A stretch of DNA of 64,000 nt. Origin: an uncultured Gemmatimonadaceae bacterium (GTDB taxonomy: Bacteria; Gemmatimonadota; Gemmatimonadetes; Gemmatimonadales; Gemmatimonadaceae). Location: positions 256,001 through 320,000 of the forward strand of contig CAWAGQ010000005.1 in assembly GCA_963781585.1 (NCBI GenBank). Reading direction: 5' to 3'. Below, piece by piece: positions 1 to 10,747 of this stretch (position 1 is the first letter of the stretch; each line of letters starts with the position of its first letter). The notes under the pieces were generated by a model. It did not search any database. It was not told where the DNA came from and saw nothing but the letters and a program-made list of their open reading frames with translations. Made by a program: the position numbers and the translations under genes.

Positions 1-1011
1 TCCACTTCGGCCGGACCGGTATTCGCCGAACGAGCCCAGACGCTGGGACGCGGCCGTGTTCTCGCCGGCGTGAACCAGACCAATCTCACGTTCACCTCGT
101 TGCGAGGCGTCCCCCTCAGCGATCTCCACCTCACGTTTACTCATGAAAACGTCAATTTCGACGGGTGCAGCGCGCAACAAGGAGACGACTGCGCCAAGAT
201 GGGTGTGCCGGTGCTCGAAAACGATCTCATGCAGTTCGACCTCGGACTCGACATCCACGTCTCCGTCACCTCGTTCTATGCCACGTATGGAATCAGTGAC
301 AAGGTCGATTTCGGCATCGTGCTCCCGCTGATGCGCACAACCATCAGCGGTCGCAGCGATGCTCAGATTCAACCCTTCGGCGGCACCACTGCCACGCATT
401 TCTTCGCCGGCACCCCCGAGAACCCGGTCCTGCAAGCCAGTCGCACCATCTCCGGATCATCGTTCGGCATCGGTGACGTCGCCGCTCGTCTCAAGATCAA
501 CGCGCGCCAGACCCCGAGCAGCGGCGTTGCCCTCCTCTTCGAGGCTCGCCTCCCGACCGGAGACGACGCGGATCTGCTCGGCTCGGGCCACTTCGGCGGC
601 CGCGCGCTGGCCATTCTCTCATCCACCATCGGCTCGTTCTCACCGCACTTCAACGCGGGATACCTCTACACCGCCGACCGCACCCGGAATGACTTCGTGG
701 TGGCCACCGCAGGGTTCGATCAACTGCTCGCCAAGGGGATCACCATGGCCGCCGACGTCGCCGGGGAATTCCAGGTGGGCGCGAGCAAGCTGCTCCTGCC
801 ACGCCCGGTAGTGTACGACTCGCCGTTCCATCGCACGGTGAACCCCACGTCCATCCCCGACATTCGCGATGACGTCATCAATGGGAGCTTCGGGCTGAAG
901 TACTCGACGCCGAGTCGCGTAACCCTGGTCGCCAACACGATCTTCCCGCTCAACGACGGCGGCCTGCGCGCACGCCTCACCTACACGCTGGGTATCGAAT
1001 ACTCCTACTGA
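1..1011 (+). CDS. Putative outer-membrane beta-barrel (MetA-pathway/phenol-degradation transporter-like), 5' truncated
   Basis: Frame is open from base 1 (STSAGPVFAERAQTLGRG...). It has the GIGDVAARLK and LPTGD motifs, amphipathic beta-strands and a C-terminal aromatic barrel signal (LGIEYSY). Confidence 0.65.
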   Translation, partial: STSAGPVFAERAQTLGRGRVLAGVNQTNLTFTSLRGVPLSDLHLTFTHENVNFDGCSAQQGDDCAKMGVPVLENDLMQFDLGLDIHVSVTSFYATYGISDKVDFGIVLPLMRTTISGRSDAQIQPFGGTTATHFFAGTPENPVLQASRTISGSSFGIGDVAARLKINARQTPSSGVALLFEARLPTGDDADLLGSGHFGGRALAILSSTIGSFSPHFNAGYLYTADRTRNDFVVATAGFDQLLAKGITMAADVAGEFQVGASKLLLPRPVVYDSPFHRTVNPTSIPDIRDDVINGSFGLKYSTPSRVTLVANTIFPLNDGGLRARLTYTLGIEYSY

Positions 1012-1012
1012 T

Positions 1013-1029
1013 CGACGGACCGTCCGTCG
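1013..1029. terminator. Small hairpin between convergent genes
   Basis: CGACGG-ACCGT-CCGTCG between two stop codons; no U-tract. Confidence 0.35.
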
Positions 1030-1035
1030 CCCTGG

Positions 1036-2913
1036 CTAGCGTACCGAGACGATCGTCCAGCGGTCACCATCCCGGCGAAAGGTGGCACGAAACGCCACGC
1101 GCTGCTGCTGTTCCTTCCCCGCGGCATCCGTGTAGTCGTACATGCCACTCACCTGGGCCGTTGCCGAGGCGGCGTTGACCGTTGGGGTGCCCACCGACAG
1201 TCTGGCGCGCAGCGACCTCACCGTGGCAAAGAACCGCTGAAACCCGTTCTGTTGCTCCGCGCTGATTGAGGGATACACCGCCTTGATTGCCGTCAGATCG
1301 CGCGCTTCGATCGCCCGCGCGTACTCGGCCACCAGTGCGGCGATCTCCGCCGCCACTGTCGGTGCCTCAGGGACCGTGCGAGCCGGAGGCGGTGCCGAGA
1401 CCTTGGGCGGTGACACCACCGGCGGCGGCCCCGCCCGCGGAAGTGCACTGTCCGGAGCCACCCGTGCGCTATCCGACTTCGTCGGTGCCGCGGACGCTGC
1501 ACTGCGCATCGTTCGCTCCGCATCCGACCACGTGCCCCAGGCCCTGTTCATCCCCGCCACCGCCTCTGCATACCGCTTCTGGACGACGAGCCGGTCCGCC
1601 GCGACAAGCTGCGTATCCCCCTCCGCCAGCTTTGCCGGCGTAACGCCGCTCGCGGCCGCGCTGGCTCGCGCCCTCATCGCCGAGGCGCGAACCTCCGTCA
1701 CAACCGTCACCATCTCCCCTTCGGTTCGCGTAGGTGCCGCCCCACCTTCGACGCGCGATGACTTCGGGCTCGGTGCAGACGTCGTCGGTGGCGGTGGCAC
1801 AGACACCTTCGATTCCGAGTCCGCCGGCGCGGTCGGCGGGCTCGTGGCCGTGACCGGAGCCGCGGTGTCGCTCCTCACCGGGCCACCCGTCTCCGCTGCC
1901 GGTCGCGAACGCAAGGCGTAGATCCACGTCGCTCCCACAAGCCCCAGCGCTCCGACCACACTGGCCACGATCGCGCGCGCCGAAGTCCACCGCCGGGGTT
2001 CCAGATCGGCTCGCGATCTGGTGCGACGCTCGCCCGTACGCGCCGCGATCGTCGCTCCCAACGACAATGTTGACGTGGGCGCGCCCGGGCTGAGCGCGGC
2101 GCGAATCGCAGTCAACTCGTTCGCCATCTCCTGCGCCGACTGGTATCGCTCGCCCGGCTCCTTGGCGAGGGCTTTCCGCAGCACCGGATCGAGGGCCCTG
2201 GGAAGTTCCGGCGCGACCATCGCCAGCGGTGGGGGATCCTCCGAAACCACCTTGAACAACACGTTGTGCAGGGACTCGGCGCCAAACGCTTTGCGATGCG
2301 TGAGCAACTCGTACAGCACAGATGCCGCAGCAAAGATGTCGGTGGCGGGACCGACTTTTTGACCGGTCACTTGCTCGGGCGCCATGTAGTTGGGCGTGCC
2401 GACCATGACACCGGTGGCCGTCATCTTCGTCGACTCCAGATGGGCCACGCCAAAGTCCATGATCTTCCCGCGACCATCCTCCGTCACCCGGATGTTCGCC
2501 GGCTTGATGTCGCGGTGCACGATGCCGCCGCGATGCGCATACGTCAGGCCGACCAGTACATCGATCATGATCCCGAGCTTGTCGTCGAGCGACATTGGAA
2601 TCCGCTGCTCGATCATCTCCTCCAGATCGATGCCATCCACGTATTCCATCGCGATGTACAGGTGGCCGTCCACCTCCCCGAAGTCGTAGATCGTGACCAC
2701 GTTCGGGTGCTGCAGCGACCCGGCGGCCTGTGCCTCGCGCATGAATCGGTCGCGCAACGAGAGATCCCGCGCGATCGCATCGCTCATCACCTTCACGGCC
2801 ACCGTGCGGTTGAGCACTGGGTCGAGCGCGCGATACACGTTGCCCATCGCACCCTCTCCCACCAGCTCGAGGATCTGATACTTGCCGACGAAAGTGGCTG
2901 GGGCGTTTGCCAT
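1036..2913 (-). CDS. Hanks-type Ser/Thr protein kinase with TM helix, Pro/Ala linker and C-terminal NTF2/SnoaL-like domain
   Basis: GEGAMGNV, VAVK, HRDIKPAN, DFG and GTPNYMAPE motifs; TM segment IVASVVGALGLVGATWIYAL. Alternative start at 2934. Confidence 0.93.
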   Translation of the reverse strand: MANAPATFVGKYQILELVGEGAMGNVYRALDPVLNRTVAVKVMSDAIARDLSLRDRFMREAQAAGSLQHPNVVTIYDFGEVDGHLYIAMEYVDGIDLEEMIEQRIPMSLDDKLGIMIDVLVGLTYAHRGGIVHRDIKPANIRVTEDGRGKIMDFGVAHLESTKMTATGVMVGTPNYMAPEQVTGQKVGPATDIFAAASVLYELLTHRKAFGAESLHNVLFKVVSEDPPPLAMVAPELPRALDPVLRKALAKEPGERYQSAQEMANELTAIRAALSPGAPTSTLSLGATIAARTGERRTRSRADLEPRRWTSARAIVASVVGALGLVGATWIYALRSRPAAETGGPVRSDTAAPVTATSPPTAPADSESKVSVPPPPTTSAPSPKSSRVEGGAAPTRTEGEMVTVVTEVRASAMRARASAAASGVTPAKLAEGDTQLVAADRLVVQKRYAEAVAGMNRAWGTWSDAERTMRSAASAAPTKSDSARVAPDSALPRAGPPPVVSPPKVSAPPPARTVPEAPTVAAEIAALVAEYARAIEARDLTAIKAVYPSISAEQQNGFQRFFATVRSLRARLSVGTPTVNAASATAQVSGMYDYTDAAGKEQQQRVAFRATFRRDGDRWTIVSVR

Positions 2914-3127
2914 GGCGCGGATGAGCGGGAACATCCCGGACGTAGTCCGGGACGTTTATAGTGGGCGCACCGCTCCCCGCTCGCAACCGTGGCCCTGAGG
3001 GCGGAACAGTGGTCGCCGGAGGTTTCTCGCTGCCGGGGCCCGCGCCTCTGGAGACCGACCCGTTCCCGCCCGACCGGCACCGCGACCGCCGCGGCCCGCT
3101 GTCGGGGCTCGGCCGTCGCCCTCTGCG

Positions 3128-3496
3128 TTAGGCGACGAGAATCCTCAGCTGGATGTGGTCACCGGGGTCGATCAGCACATCGCGGCTGCTGATCGTGACC
3201 TGCGCTCCGAATCGCCGCACCATGAAGCGCATCGACGATCGCGCCCGCGTCAGCGATCGCGGCAGCGTGAAGGTTGTCTTCTGCATCGCGTGGACCACCC
3301 CGAGCTCCGTTGGAAGCCCCCCGTACACCACGTACACCACCATGTCATCGAGACGCTCGTTGCGCACCTCGAGCACGGTCTTCGTCGAGTCGACTGGATC
3401 CGGGGTGGTCGTCTCGACGATCACGGATTGCGCCCGCGCCGTCCCGCCAATCGACGCGACCGCCACGAGCGCCAGCATCGCAACAAGGGGCCGCAT
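3128..3496 (-). CDS. Small secreted hypothetical protein (beta-rich)
   Basis: GGAGG RBS before the ATG; signal peptide MRPLVAMLALVAVASIGGTARA. Confidence 0.7.
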   Translation of the reverse strand: MRPLVAMLALVAVASIGGTARAQSVIVETTTPDPVDSTKTVLEVRNERLDDMVVYVVYGGLPTELGVVHAMQKTTFTLPRSLTRARSSMRFMVRRFGAQVTISSRDVLIDPGDHIQLRILVA

Positions 3497-3741
3497 GGTA
3501 CCTCCCCGGTTTTTTTGGGATGGAACCTCGGCGGTTGTCTACCCCACCCTCGTTGTATGGGTTTCGATCCGGCGCGACCCCGGGAGTCCGTTCGCGTCCA
3601 TTGGTGTCCTGCATCACGCCTGTATGGCGATGCGGCGTCGGGGTTTGACCCATGGCCACCGGCCTTTCGTTCCTGCTTCCCGGCCGAGCCTCGAACAGGC
3701 GGAGATTCCGCCTGGCACGCGCGCAGGATCGACCCTCCCAG

Positions 3742-3813
3742 AGGCGCGGGCCGGAATCGAACCGGCGAATGGGAGTTTTGCAGACTCCTGCCTTACCACT
3801 TGGCTACCGCGCC
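3742..3813 (-). tRNA. tRNA-Cys(GCA), CCA not encoded
   Basis: GGCGCGG/CCGCGCC acceptor stem, U73, D-arm AGCCAAGTGGTAAGGC, anticodon arm GGAGT-CTGCAAA-ACTCC, T-loop GGTTCGATTCC. Confidence 0.97.
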
Positions 3814-4003
3814 CGGACCACGGCAAGCTAGAGTCGACCCGACCCTTCCTCAAGCGTTCACACCCCGTGCGCAAGGCGGATCGTCCCGAACACGCGTCCG
3901 AAAGGACAGGGTTTTCAGCAGGCCGACCGGCACTGCCTGGTGTTCTGCGCCCTGTCGTCACGGCATTTTGCTGAGCGGGGCCCGGACTGCAGTTCCGATT
4001 CCC

Positions 4004-5011
4004 ATGTCGAGCACCCACCCATCTCCTCCGTCCCGACCGGCATTGCCGTCTTCCGCCTCCCCGCTACTGGTGTCCACCGCAGCCATCCGCGAAGCCCGAG
4101 ACACGATAGGCACGCGACTGCACCGCACACCCCTCGTCGGCTCGAGTTACCTCAGCCACGCCGTGGGTGCCAATGTCTCTCTCAAACTCGAGCTCTTTCA
4201 GAAGACGGGTTCTTTCAAGCCCCGCGGCGTACTCAACGCCCTGGCCGCCCTCGATGTCGCTTCGCGCGGTCGTGGCGTCATCTCCCTCTCCGCGGGAAAC
4301 CACGCCCAGGCGCTGGCCTGGGGCGCCACGACGCTCGGTATCCGCAGTACCATCATCATGCCGGCGACCGCCGCGCGATCCAAGGTCGACGCGACTCGCG
4401 CCTACGGCGGCCAAGTCGTCCAGACCCAGGATGACCTGCTCGCCACGGCGCTTCAGTTCCAACGTGATCGTCACCTCACCATGGTGCATCCGTTCGACGA
4501 TCCGCGGATTATCGCCGGACAGGGTACCGTAGGGCTTGAAATCCTTGAAGATGCGCCGGACGTGGACGTCGTAATCGTGGGCTGCGGTGGGGGCGGCCTC
4601 CTCTCCGGCGTCGCTGCGGCAATCAAGCAAGCGCGTCCGACCGCATACATCGTGGGCGTCGAGCCGGCCGGCGCGGATGCCATGCGACAGAGCATTGCCC
4701 GCGGCCTACCAGTACGACTCGAGCGCATCGACACCATTGCCGACGGCCTGGCCGCCCCCTTTGCCGGCACGCACACGCTCGCCCACGCCCTCGCTTTCGT
4801 CGACGAGATCATCACCCTGGAGGACCGTGAAATCCTCGACGGAATGCGCGTCCTCATGCAGCGCTGCAAGATCGTCCCCGAGCCCGCTGGCGCTGCCGCA
4901 ACGGCTGCCCTCCTCACCGCACGACTGCCAATTTCTCCAGGGGCGCGCGTGGTCAGCATCGTGAGCGGCGGAAACGTCGACCTGTCCCGACTCGCCAGCT
5001 ACCTCCAGTAA
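4004..5011 (+). CDS. PLP-dependent threonine/serine dehydratase (catabolic TdcB/serine racemase-like, no regulatory domain)
   Basis: LKLELFQKTGSFKPRG, SAGNHAQ, GQGTVGLE, GGGGL and SGGNVD motifs. ATG at 4004 lies inside ORF 3155..5011. Confidence 0.9.
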   Translation: MSSTHPSPPSRPALPSSASPLLVSTAAIREARDTIGTRLHRTPLVGSSYLSHAVGANVSLKLELFQKTGSFKPRGVLNALAALDVASRGRGVISLSAGNHAQALAWGATTLGIRSTIIMPATAARSKVDATRAYGGQVVQTQDDLLATALQFQRDRHLTMVHPFDDPRIIAGQGTVGLEILEDAPDVDVVIVGCGGGGLLSGVAAAIKQARPTAYIVGVEPAGADAMRQSIARGLPVRLERIDTIADGLAAPFAGTHTLAHALAFVDEIITLEDREILDGMRVLMQRCKIVPEPAGAAATAALLTARLPISPGARVVSIVSGGNVDLSRLASYLQ

Positions 5012-5051
5012 CCGCGTAGTCGGTTGACTGACGACCGACGCTCCCGTGGGC

Positions 5052-6062
5052 CTATCGGTTCCGGTGCGGTAGCCAGGGACCCTCCCACCTGGCATCCGTT
5101 CCGCGTACGTCCACGTGCACGAACGGTCCGCGCGGTCCCATCGCTGCGTACGTCCCCAGCCCACCGACCAGGTCAGGGAACCGGGCCTCCAGGCGCGCGA
5201 TGCCACTCGTGATCGGCCGAACATCGCCCAGATTCGATTTTCCGTCCCCGTTCAGATCGTCCATCCGCCCGTCACCATCCTCGTCGATCACGAGATCCGC
5301 GGCGTCACCGTACTGATGGCGACTCGCACGAGCCATGCCCTCCCCTTCGCCACGCTCGTTGTAGTACGGAGCCCGAAACCCGGACAGAATCACGGGATGA
5401 TCCGACGGATGGCCGTGCGCCGCGAGGTCCTCCAGAATGAGCTCGAGCTTGTCAATCAGTTTCGGCTCCAGAACCACGTACTTCGGCCAGACCGACTCCT
5501 GATCATGGGTCACGAACTCGCCCAGGACGAAATGGCGCGAGAGTCGAAGTGTGGCCGTCTCCGGCGTGACCTCGATGAAGCCATCGGGATTGAAGTAGTT
5601 CCGCGCCATGATCCAGCGCTCCGCTGGCCAGAGCCCGACACGATAGCCGTTGACGTATTCCCCGTGCTTGCTGCCAAAGGCGCGGAGCGTGACCAGGGCA
5701 AACGAATCGGCTCCCGCTGGCACGAAGTGCGCAGCCGGTATTCGAAGCGCGGATTCGCCGAAATGCGACAGAAACCCTGAGAGCCCCTCGGCGGCGGACG
5801 GCGTGAGTGTCGCAAAGAGGACCGCGCCACTGTGCCCCCGCAACGAATCCGGCAGAGCCATTGGCGCAGCCGCGCTGTCAGCAGTAGTGTCGCTCCCACT
5901 CTCGTCAGGCGCCATGAGCGTGCCCGTCGCGTGCGCTCCGCTACCCGATGCCACAAACGCGCGAAAGGCGGCGTATGCGCGCGTCGAAAGGACCACCAGT
6001 ACGATGGTGCCGGCGATGAGCGCAAAGCGGCGTTTCAACGTCAACCAGGACCGATGTCTCAT
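5052..6062 (-). CDS. Peptidase M15A/YcbK-like D-Ala-D-Ala metallopeptidase, N-terminally anchored
   Basis: SRHFVLGEF, SGFRAPYYN, SRHQYGDAADL (HxxxxxxD) and FVHVDVRG (HxD) motifs; N-terminal hydrophobic segment. Confidence 0.8.
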   Translation of the reverse strand: MRHRSWLTLKRRFALIAGTIVLVVLSTRAYAAFRAFVASGSGAHATGTLMAPDESGSDTTADSAAAPMALPDSLRGHSGAVLFATLTPSAAEGLSGFLSHFGESALRIPAAHFVPAGADSFALVTLRAFGSKHGEYVNGYRVGLWPAERWIMARNYFNPDGFIEVTPETATLRLSRHFVLGEFVTHDQESVWPKYVVLEPKLIDKLELILEDLAAHGHPSDHPVILSGFRAPYYNERGEGEGMARASRHQYGDAADLVIDEDGDGRMDDLNGDGKSNLGDVRPITSGIARLEARFPDLVGGLGTYAAMGPRGPFVHVDVRGTDARWEGPWLPHRNR

Positions 6063-6244
6063 CCCCGACAGGCCTCTTCCTCAGCTGTATCTGCCATGCG
6101 GCGGGCGCGTGTCTTGACCCGCAAACGCTTCCAAAGGTCCCGGTGCCCTGCACGCGTTTGGCCTCCTCCGCGTCGAGCGCCAGGCGACGTCGTGCAAACC
6201 ACCCAGAGATCCCGGGTCCGATCAGCCGCCCTTGTGGCCCAGCT

Positions 6245-7919
6245 CTACCACGCCACGGCGTATGCCTCCCGCCGCGGATCGGCGCCCGCCAACCGCACTC
6301 CGGACCGATCGATCAGGATCATCTGCGCTCCTCCGAACTCGGCGCTGGGTGTCCTGCACTGTAACGTTCTGTCCCCGACGCTTCAGTTCACTGCGCACGT
6401 CCTCGGCAATTCCCGGTTCCACGCCAATGCGTCCGCGATTGAACACACGCCAGCGCGGCGCCTCAACAGCCTGCTGCGGTGTCATGCCGAATCGCCACAC
6501 GTTGTTCAGGATCTGGATCAGGGTCTGAGGCTGCCCATCCCCACCCGGAGTCCCGAACACCGCCGCGACCGACCGATCCGCATTCAGCGCCATGGCCGGA
6601 CTCAGGGTGTGGAAGGGTCGCTTTCCCGGCGCAATGACGTTCGGGTGTGAGGGATCGAGGCTGAACAACGATCCCCGGTTCTGGAGTATGATCCCCGTAC
6701 CCGGCACCATCCGCCCACTCCCGAACGCGGCAAACAGACTCTGAATCATCGATACCGCATTCCCGTCCTTGTCCACCACGCACAGATAGACCGTATCACC
6801 GCTGCCATCGAACGGTGGATTGCCCTGGGTGGGTGCGGAAATGGTGTCGGCCCGGATGCGGCTGCCCAGATCACGCGCGTACGCCTTCGAAAGCAGCCGG
6901 TCCACCGGAACAGGCGAGAACGCAGGATCGGCCAGGTACCGGTCCCGGTCTGCATAGGCCAGCTTGGCGCCCTCGGCCAGCATGTGGATGTACGCCGCCG
7001 AGTTCCACCCCGCGCGTGTCAGATCCGTCAGCTCGGCGAGATTGAGCATCTCCAGAAACGCCATGCCTTGCGAGTTTGGCGGGAACGCCAGCACGGTCCT
7101 TCCGAGATAGGTCGTGGATATCGGCTCCTCCCATGTCGACCGGTGACCCGACAGATCCGGACCTGTCAGGAGCCCTCCCTCTCGCTCCATGAACTGCACG
7201 ATGTTGCCGGCAAGGACTCCGGAATACAGCCCCGCCGAGCCATCGCGCGCGATCGTACGCAGCGTACCGGCCAGATCGTCTTCGACCAGCAGGCTACCCG
7301 GTCGCGGCGCTGCTCCATCCGGCAGAAACACCCGCGCAAGCGCTGGATCGGCTGCGACCTTTGCCTTCTCCTCCGTGATATCACGTGACAGCCGTGTGCT
7401 GACCGGGAAACCGCGCTCGGCATAGGAAATCGCCGGCGCAAGCGCTTGGTCGAGTGTGATCGTCCCGAACCGCTCCAGTGCATCCTCCCAGGCCCGCACC
7501 GCACCCGGTACGGAAACCGAGAGAATTCCGGTCGCCGGAACGGCCTTGAGATTGCGTTCAGCGAAGAACGCCGGCGTCGCTCGAGCGCCAGCTCGTCCGC
7601 TGCCGTTCAGTGCGTACACGCGACCCGTTCGCGCCTCGCGAATGAGCAGGAACGCGTCTCCCCCCACACCGTTCATATGTGGCCGCACCACCGCCAGGAC
7701 TCCGGCCATGGTGATCGCGGCATCAACCGCATTCCCCCCGCGCTGCAGCACCGCCGCGCCCGCTGCCGATGCGAGTGCATGGTCGGATACGACCGCCGCC
7801 TCTGATCCCATGACATCCGGACGCACCATTGATCGCTGGGCTCCGAGCATGCCGGAAAGACTCAGACTTGAGGTTAGAATCAAACCGCTGACTGTGGGTG
7901 GCCGCAGATCAACGTTCAT
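6245..7919 (-). CDS. ggt: Gamma-glutamyltransferase; one frameshift near 6350
   Basis: GGNAVDAA, catalytic Thr in GDTVYLCVVD, PGKRPFHTL and GTPGGDGQPQ motifs. The conserved tail FGGAQMI...GADPRREAYAVAW* is in another frame and ends at TAG 6245-6247. Confidence 0.9.
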
Positions 7920-8257
7920 TGAATAGTCTCCACACGTCTGCCGAGGGGTTGGTTCATAGCTTGTGCGTTGCTGACGCACGCGCAACCCATACGACCATCC
8001 CCTGGTCTGGGAAAGGGCCCTTTGGACGATGGGGCAAGCCACTCAACCCTGGCGAGCGGCTCCCACGAGCAGCCCCCACGACCCCGTAATCGATGCGGCT
8101 GGGGCACCGCCTCGGGGTTTGGCGATCCGAGTTGAAACAGATGTTTCCGTCGTTGACTTTGGCTCTCAACCCCACGTAAGTCATTTCGTGCAGATATGGC
8201 AAGTCGTGTTGCACATCTTGCCGAGATTGCGTTAATTCATGTCCCAATGCGAGACGA

Positions 8258-8274
8258 TTGGTGCGATATTTGCA
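8258..8274 (+). promoter_or_regulatory. Candidate sigma-54 (-24/-12) promoter for the GSIII gene
   Basis: TTGGTGCGATATTTGCA has GG-N10-GC spacing and 2 mismatches to YTGGCACGRNNNTTGCW; about 145 bp upstream of the ATG. Confidence 0.5.
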
Positions 8275-8419
8275 CGAAACGGCGATCACCAGTCCATGCA
8301 GACCGTTCGAGAAAGACACTATCAGCTCCCATTAGGCGACGGGAATCCCTGTCCCGAGGTCTCACAATGCAGCTCCTCGTTCACGCCACTTTCGGTCATC
8401 GCCTTCTTCCGGGTTCCCC

Positions 8420-10667
8420 ATGACGACAAGCGCGAACTCTCCGCGCAAGGACGTGCTCGCACGCCGTCTCCGCGCGCCTCTTCAAGTCCGCTGCACATGT
8501 CTGCCAATGGCACAGGAGCCCAAGCAATGCCGCGCCCGTGTCCGAGTACTTCGGCATCAACACCTTCGGTGTTAGGCCAGATGCGCTCCAAGCTGCCGGT
8601 GGAGGTCTGCGACAAGCTTGTCAGCGCCATCCGTCACGGCAAGAAACTCGACATCGACATCGCTCCGACCGTCGCGCAGGCTATCAAGGAATGGGCGATC
8701 GGCCGCGGCGCTACGCATTTCACGCACTGGTTCCAGCCGCAAACCGGACTCACTGCCGAGAAGCACGACGCCTTCCTGACCTTCGACGAGAATCGCCAGC
8801 CGATCGAGCAGTTCTCCGCGCGCGCAGTTGATTCAGAGCGAGCCTGATGCCTCGAGCTTTCCCTCTGGCGGCTTGCGCGCAACCTGGGAAGCGCGAGGCT
8901 ACACCGCATGGAATCCCGCGAGTCCCGGTCTTCATTTTCGAGTCGGGTGGCGTCCGTACCCTCTGCATTCCGTCTGTCTTCATCGGCTACAACGGCGAAG
9001 CGCTCGACGAAATGACGCCGCTGCTGCGCAGCTCCGACGTCCTCTCCGTCAAAGGCGATCGAACTGCTCGAGCTGCTCGGCGACAAGCGGCGTCTACCGC
9101 GTCTACACCACGCTCGGACCGGAGCAGGAGTACTTCCTCATCGACCGCCAGCACTTCGCGTTGCGGCCGGATCTCGTCATGGCGAACCGCACGCTCATCG
9201 GCGCGCCACCACCGCGCGGACAGCAGCTCGAAGACCACTACTTCGCCGGCATTCCCGGAGCGCACGCATGCCTGCATCGCAGAGGTCGAGCACGAGCTCT
9301 ACAAGCTCGGCGTACCCATCGTCACCCGTCATAACGAGGTGGCTCCATCCCAGTTCGAGATGGCGCCGCTCTTCGAGGAAACCGACATCGCGGTCGACCA
9401 CAATCAGCTCGTCATGGCTCTGCTTCGGCGCGTCGCCCTGCGGCACGGGCTGCAGGCGATCGTGCACGAAAAGCCGTTCGCCGGAATCAACGGCTCCGGG
9501 AAGCACTGCAACTGGTCAATGGCGGTTGCCGCAGACAGCGATCTCGACGGCCTCAATCTGCTCAAGCCGGGACATACGCCGCACCAGAATCTCCGCTTCC
9601 TGCTCTTCCTCGCGGCCGTCCTCAAGGCGGTGCACGAGCACGCCGGACTTCTGCGCGCCGGCGTCGGCCAGCTCAGGAAACGAGCACCGGCTCGGCGCGA
9701 ACGAAGCGCCGCCGGCGATCATCTCCGTCTTCATGGGCGACATGCTCACGCGCTCATCAAGGGCATCATCGCCGGCAAGGAGGCCAGCAAGAGCGCTGAG
9801 CAGGAGCTCATCCGGCTCGGCGTGGCGAAACTTCCCGAGATCGAGAAGGACAACACCGACCGTAATCGCACCTCTCCGTTCGCCTTCACCGGCGCAAAGT
9901 TCGAATTCCGCGCCGTTGGCGGCGGCCAGTCGATCGCCTGGCCTGTCACGCTGCTCAATGCCGCCGTTGCCGGCGCCATCGAAGCACATCACGAAGCGAT
10001 CTCCGCGCTGAGAAGAAGAAGACGCGTAACGTCGACGACGCCGTCCTCAGCGTCGTGCGCCGCATCTTCAAGGAAACAACACCGGTACGCTTCGAGGGAA
10101 ACAACTACGCGGAATCATGGGTGACCGAAGCGGCTCGGCGTGGGCTGCCGAATATCCGGCGCACGCCCGAGGCCCTCGGCCAGCTTATTACGCGGAAGAG
10201 CCGCGCGTTACTCGTCGGACTCGGTGTGCTCACCGACGCGTGAACTCGACTCGCGCTACCACGTGCGCATGGAGCGCTACATGAAGGACATGCTCATCGA
10301 GCTGCACACCATGCGCGAAATGGTGGACACCATGGTGCTCCCCGCCGCGTTTGCATATGCCGGAAGTCTCGCGGCGGCGGCCGCGCAGGCGAAGGCGGCC
10401 GGAATCAAGGAGATCCCCCAGATCGACCGCGCGAATGAGGTCGGCAAGCTGGCCAGGGAGCTCAAGGCCAGGCGCGACGCGCTGGTAAAGATCGTCGAGA
10501 AGGCCGAAGCCCTCCACGACGACGCCACCAGGGCCGCAATGTTGCTCACCGGAGACGGCGCCGCAGCAATGGAGAAGGTCCGCCTGGCATCCGACGCCCT
10601 CGAACTGCTGGTTGCCGACGAGCAGTGGCCGCTACCAAAGTATCGCGAAATGCTCTTCCCCGTCTGA
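8420..10667 (+). pseudogene. glnN: Glutamine synthetase type III, apparently disrupted by about 10 frame changes (possibly sequencing indels)
   Basis: Collinear GSIII motifs across frames: [108 protein letters not shown]. Confidence 0.85.
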
Positions 10668-10692
10668 CCGCCCTCGCCCGCCATTCCCGGTT

Positions 10693-10728
10693 GCACGCGC
10701 CGACTTCTCGCAGGAAGTCGGCGCGTGC
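10693..10728. terminator. Strong hairpin between convergent GSIII and dehydratase genes
   Basis: Perfect 15-bp stem GCACGCGCCGACTTC / GAAGTCGGCGCGTGC with a 6-nt loop. Confidence 0.7.
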
Positions 10729-10747
10729 GGTATCCGGGAGACAACGA

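Noticed and set aside
3497..3813. tRNA-Cys as an integration site or island border
   Set aside because: No integrase, duplicated tRNA 3' end or mobile genes seen.
3155..4003. Long N-terminal extension of ORF 3155..5011
   Set aside because: It overlaps tRNA-Cys and a minus-strand gene; dehydratase similarity begins only after 4004.
8197..8213. Second sigma-54-like site TGGCAAGTCGTGTTGCA
   Set aside because: GG-GC spacing is 11 nt, not the required 10.
8285..8419. Glutamine riboswitch in the GSIII leader
   Set aside because: Only short CGTTC matches; I could not build the glnA or downstream-peptide motif architecture.
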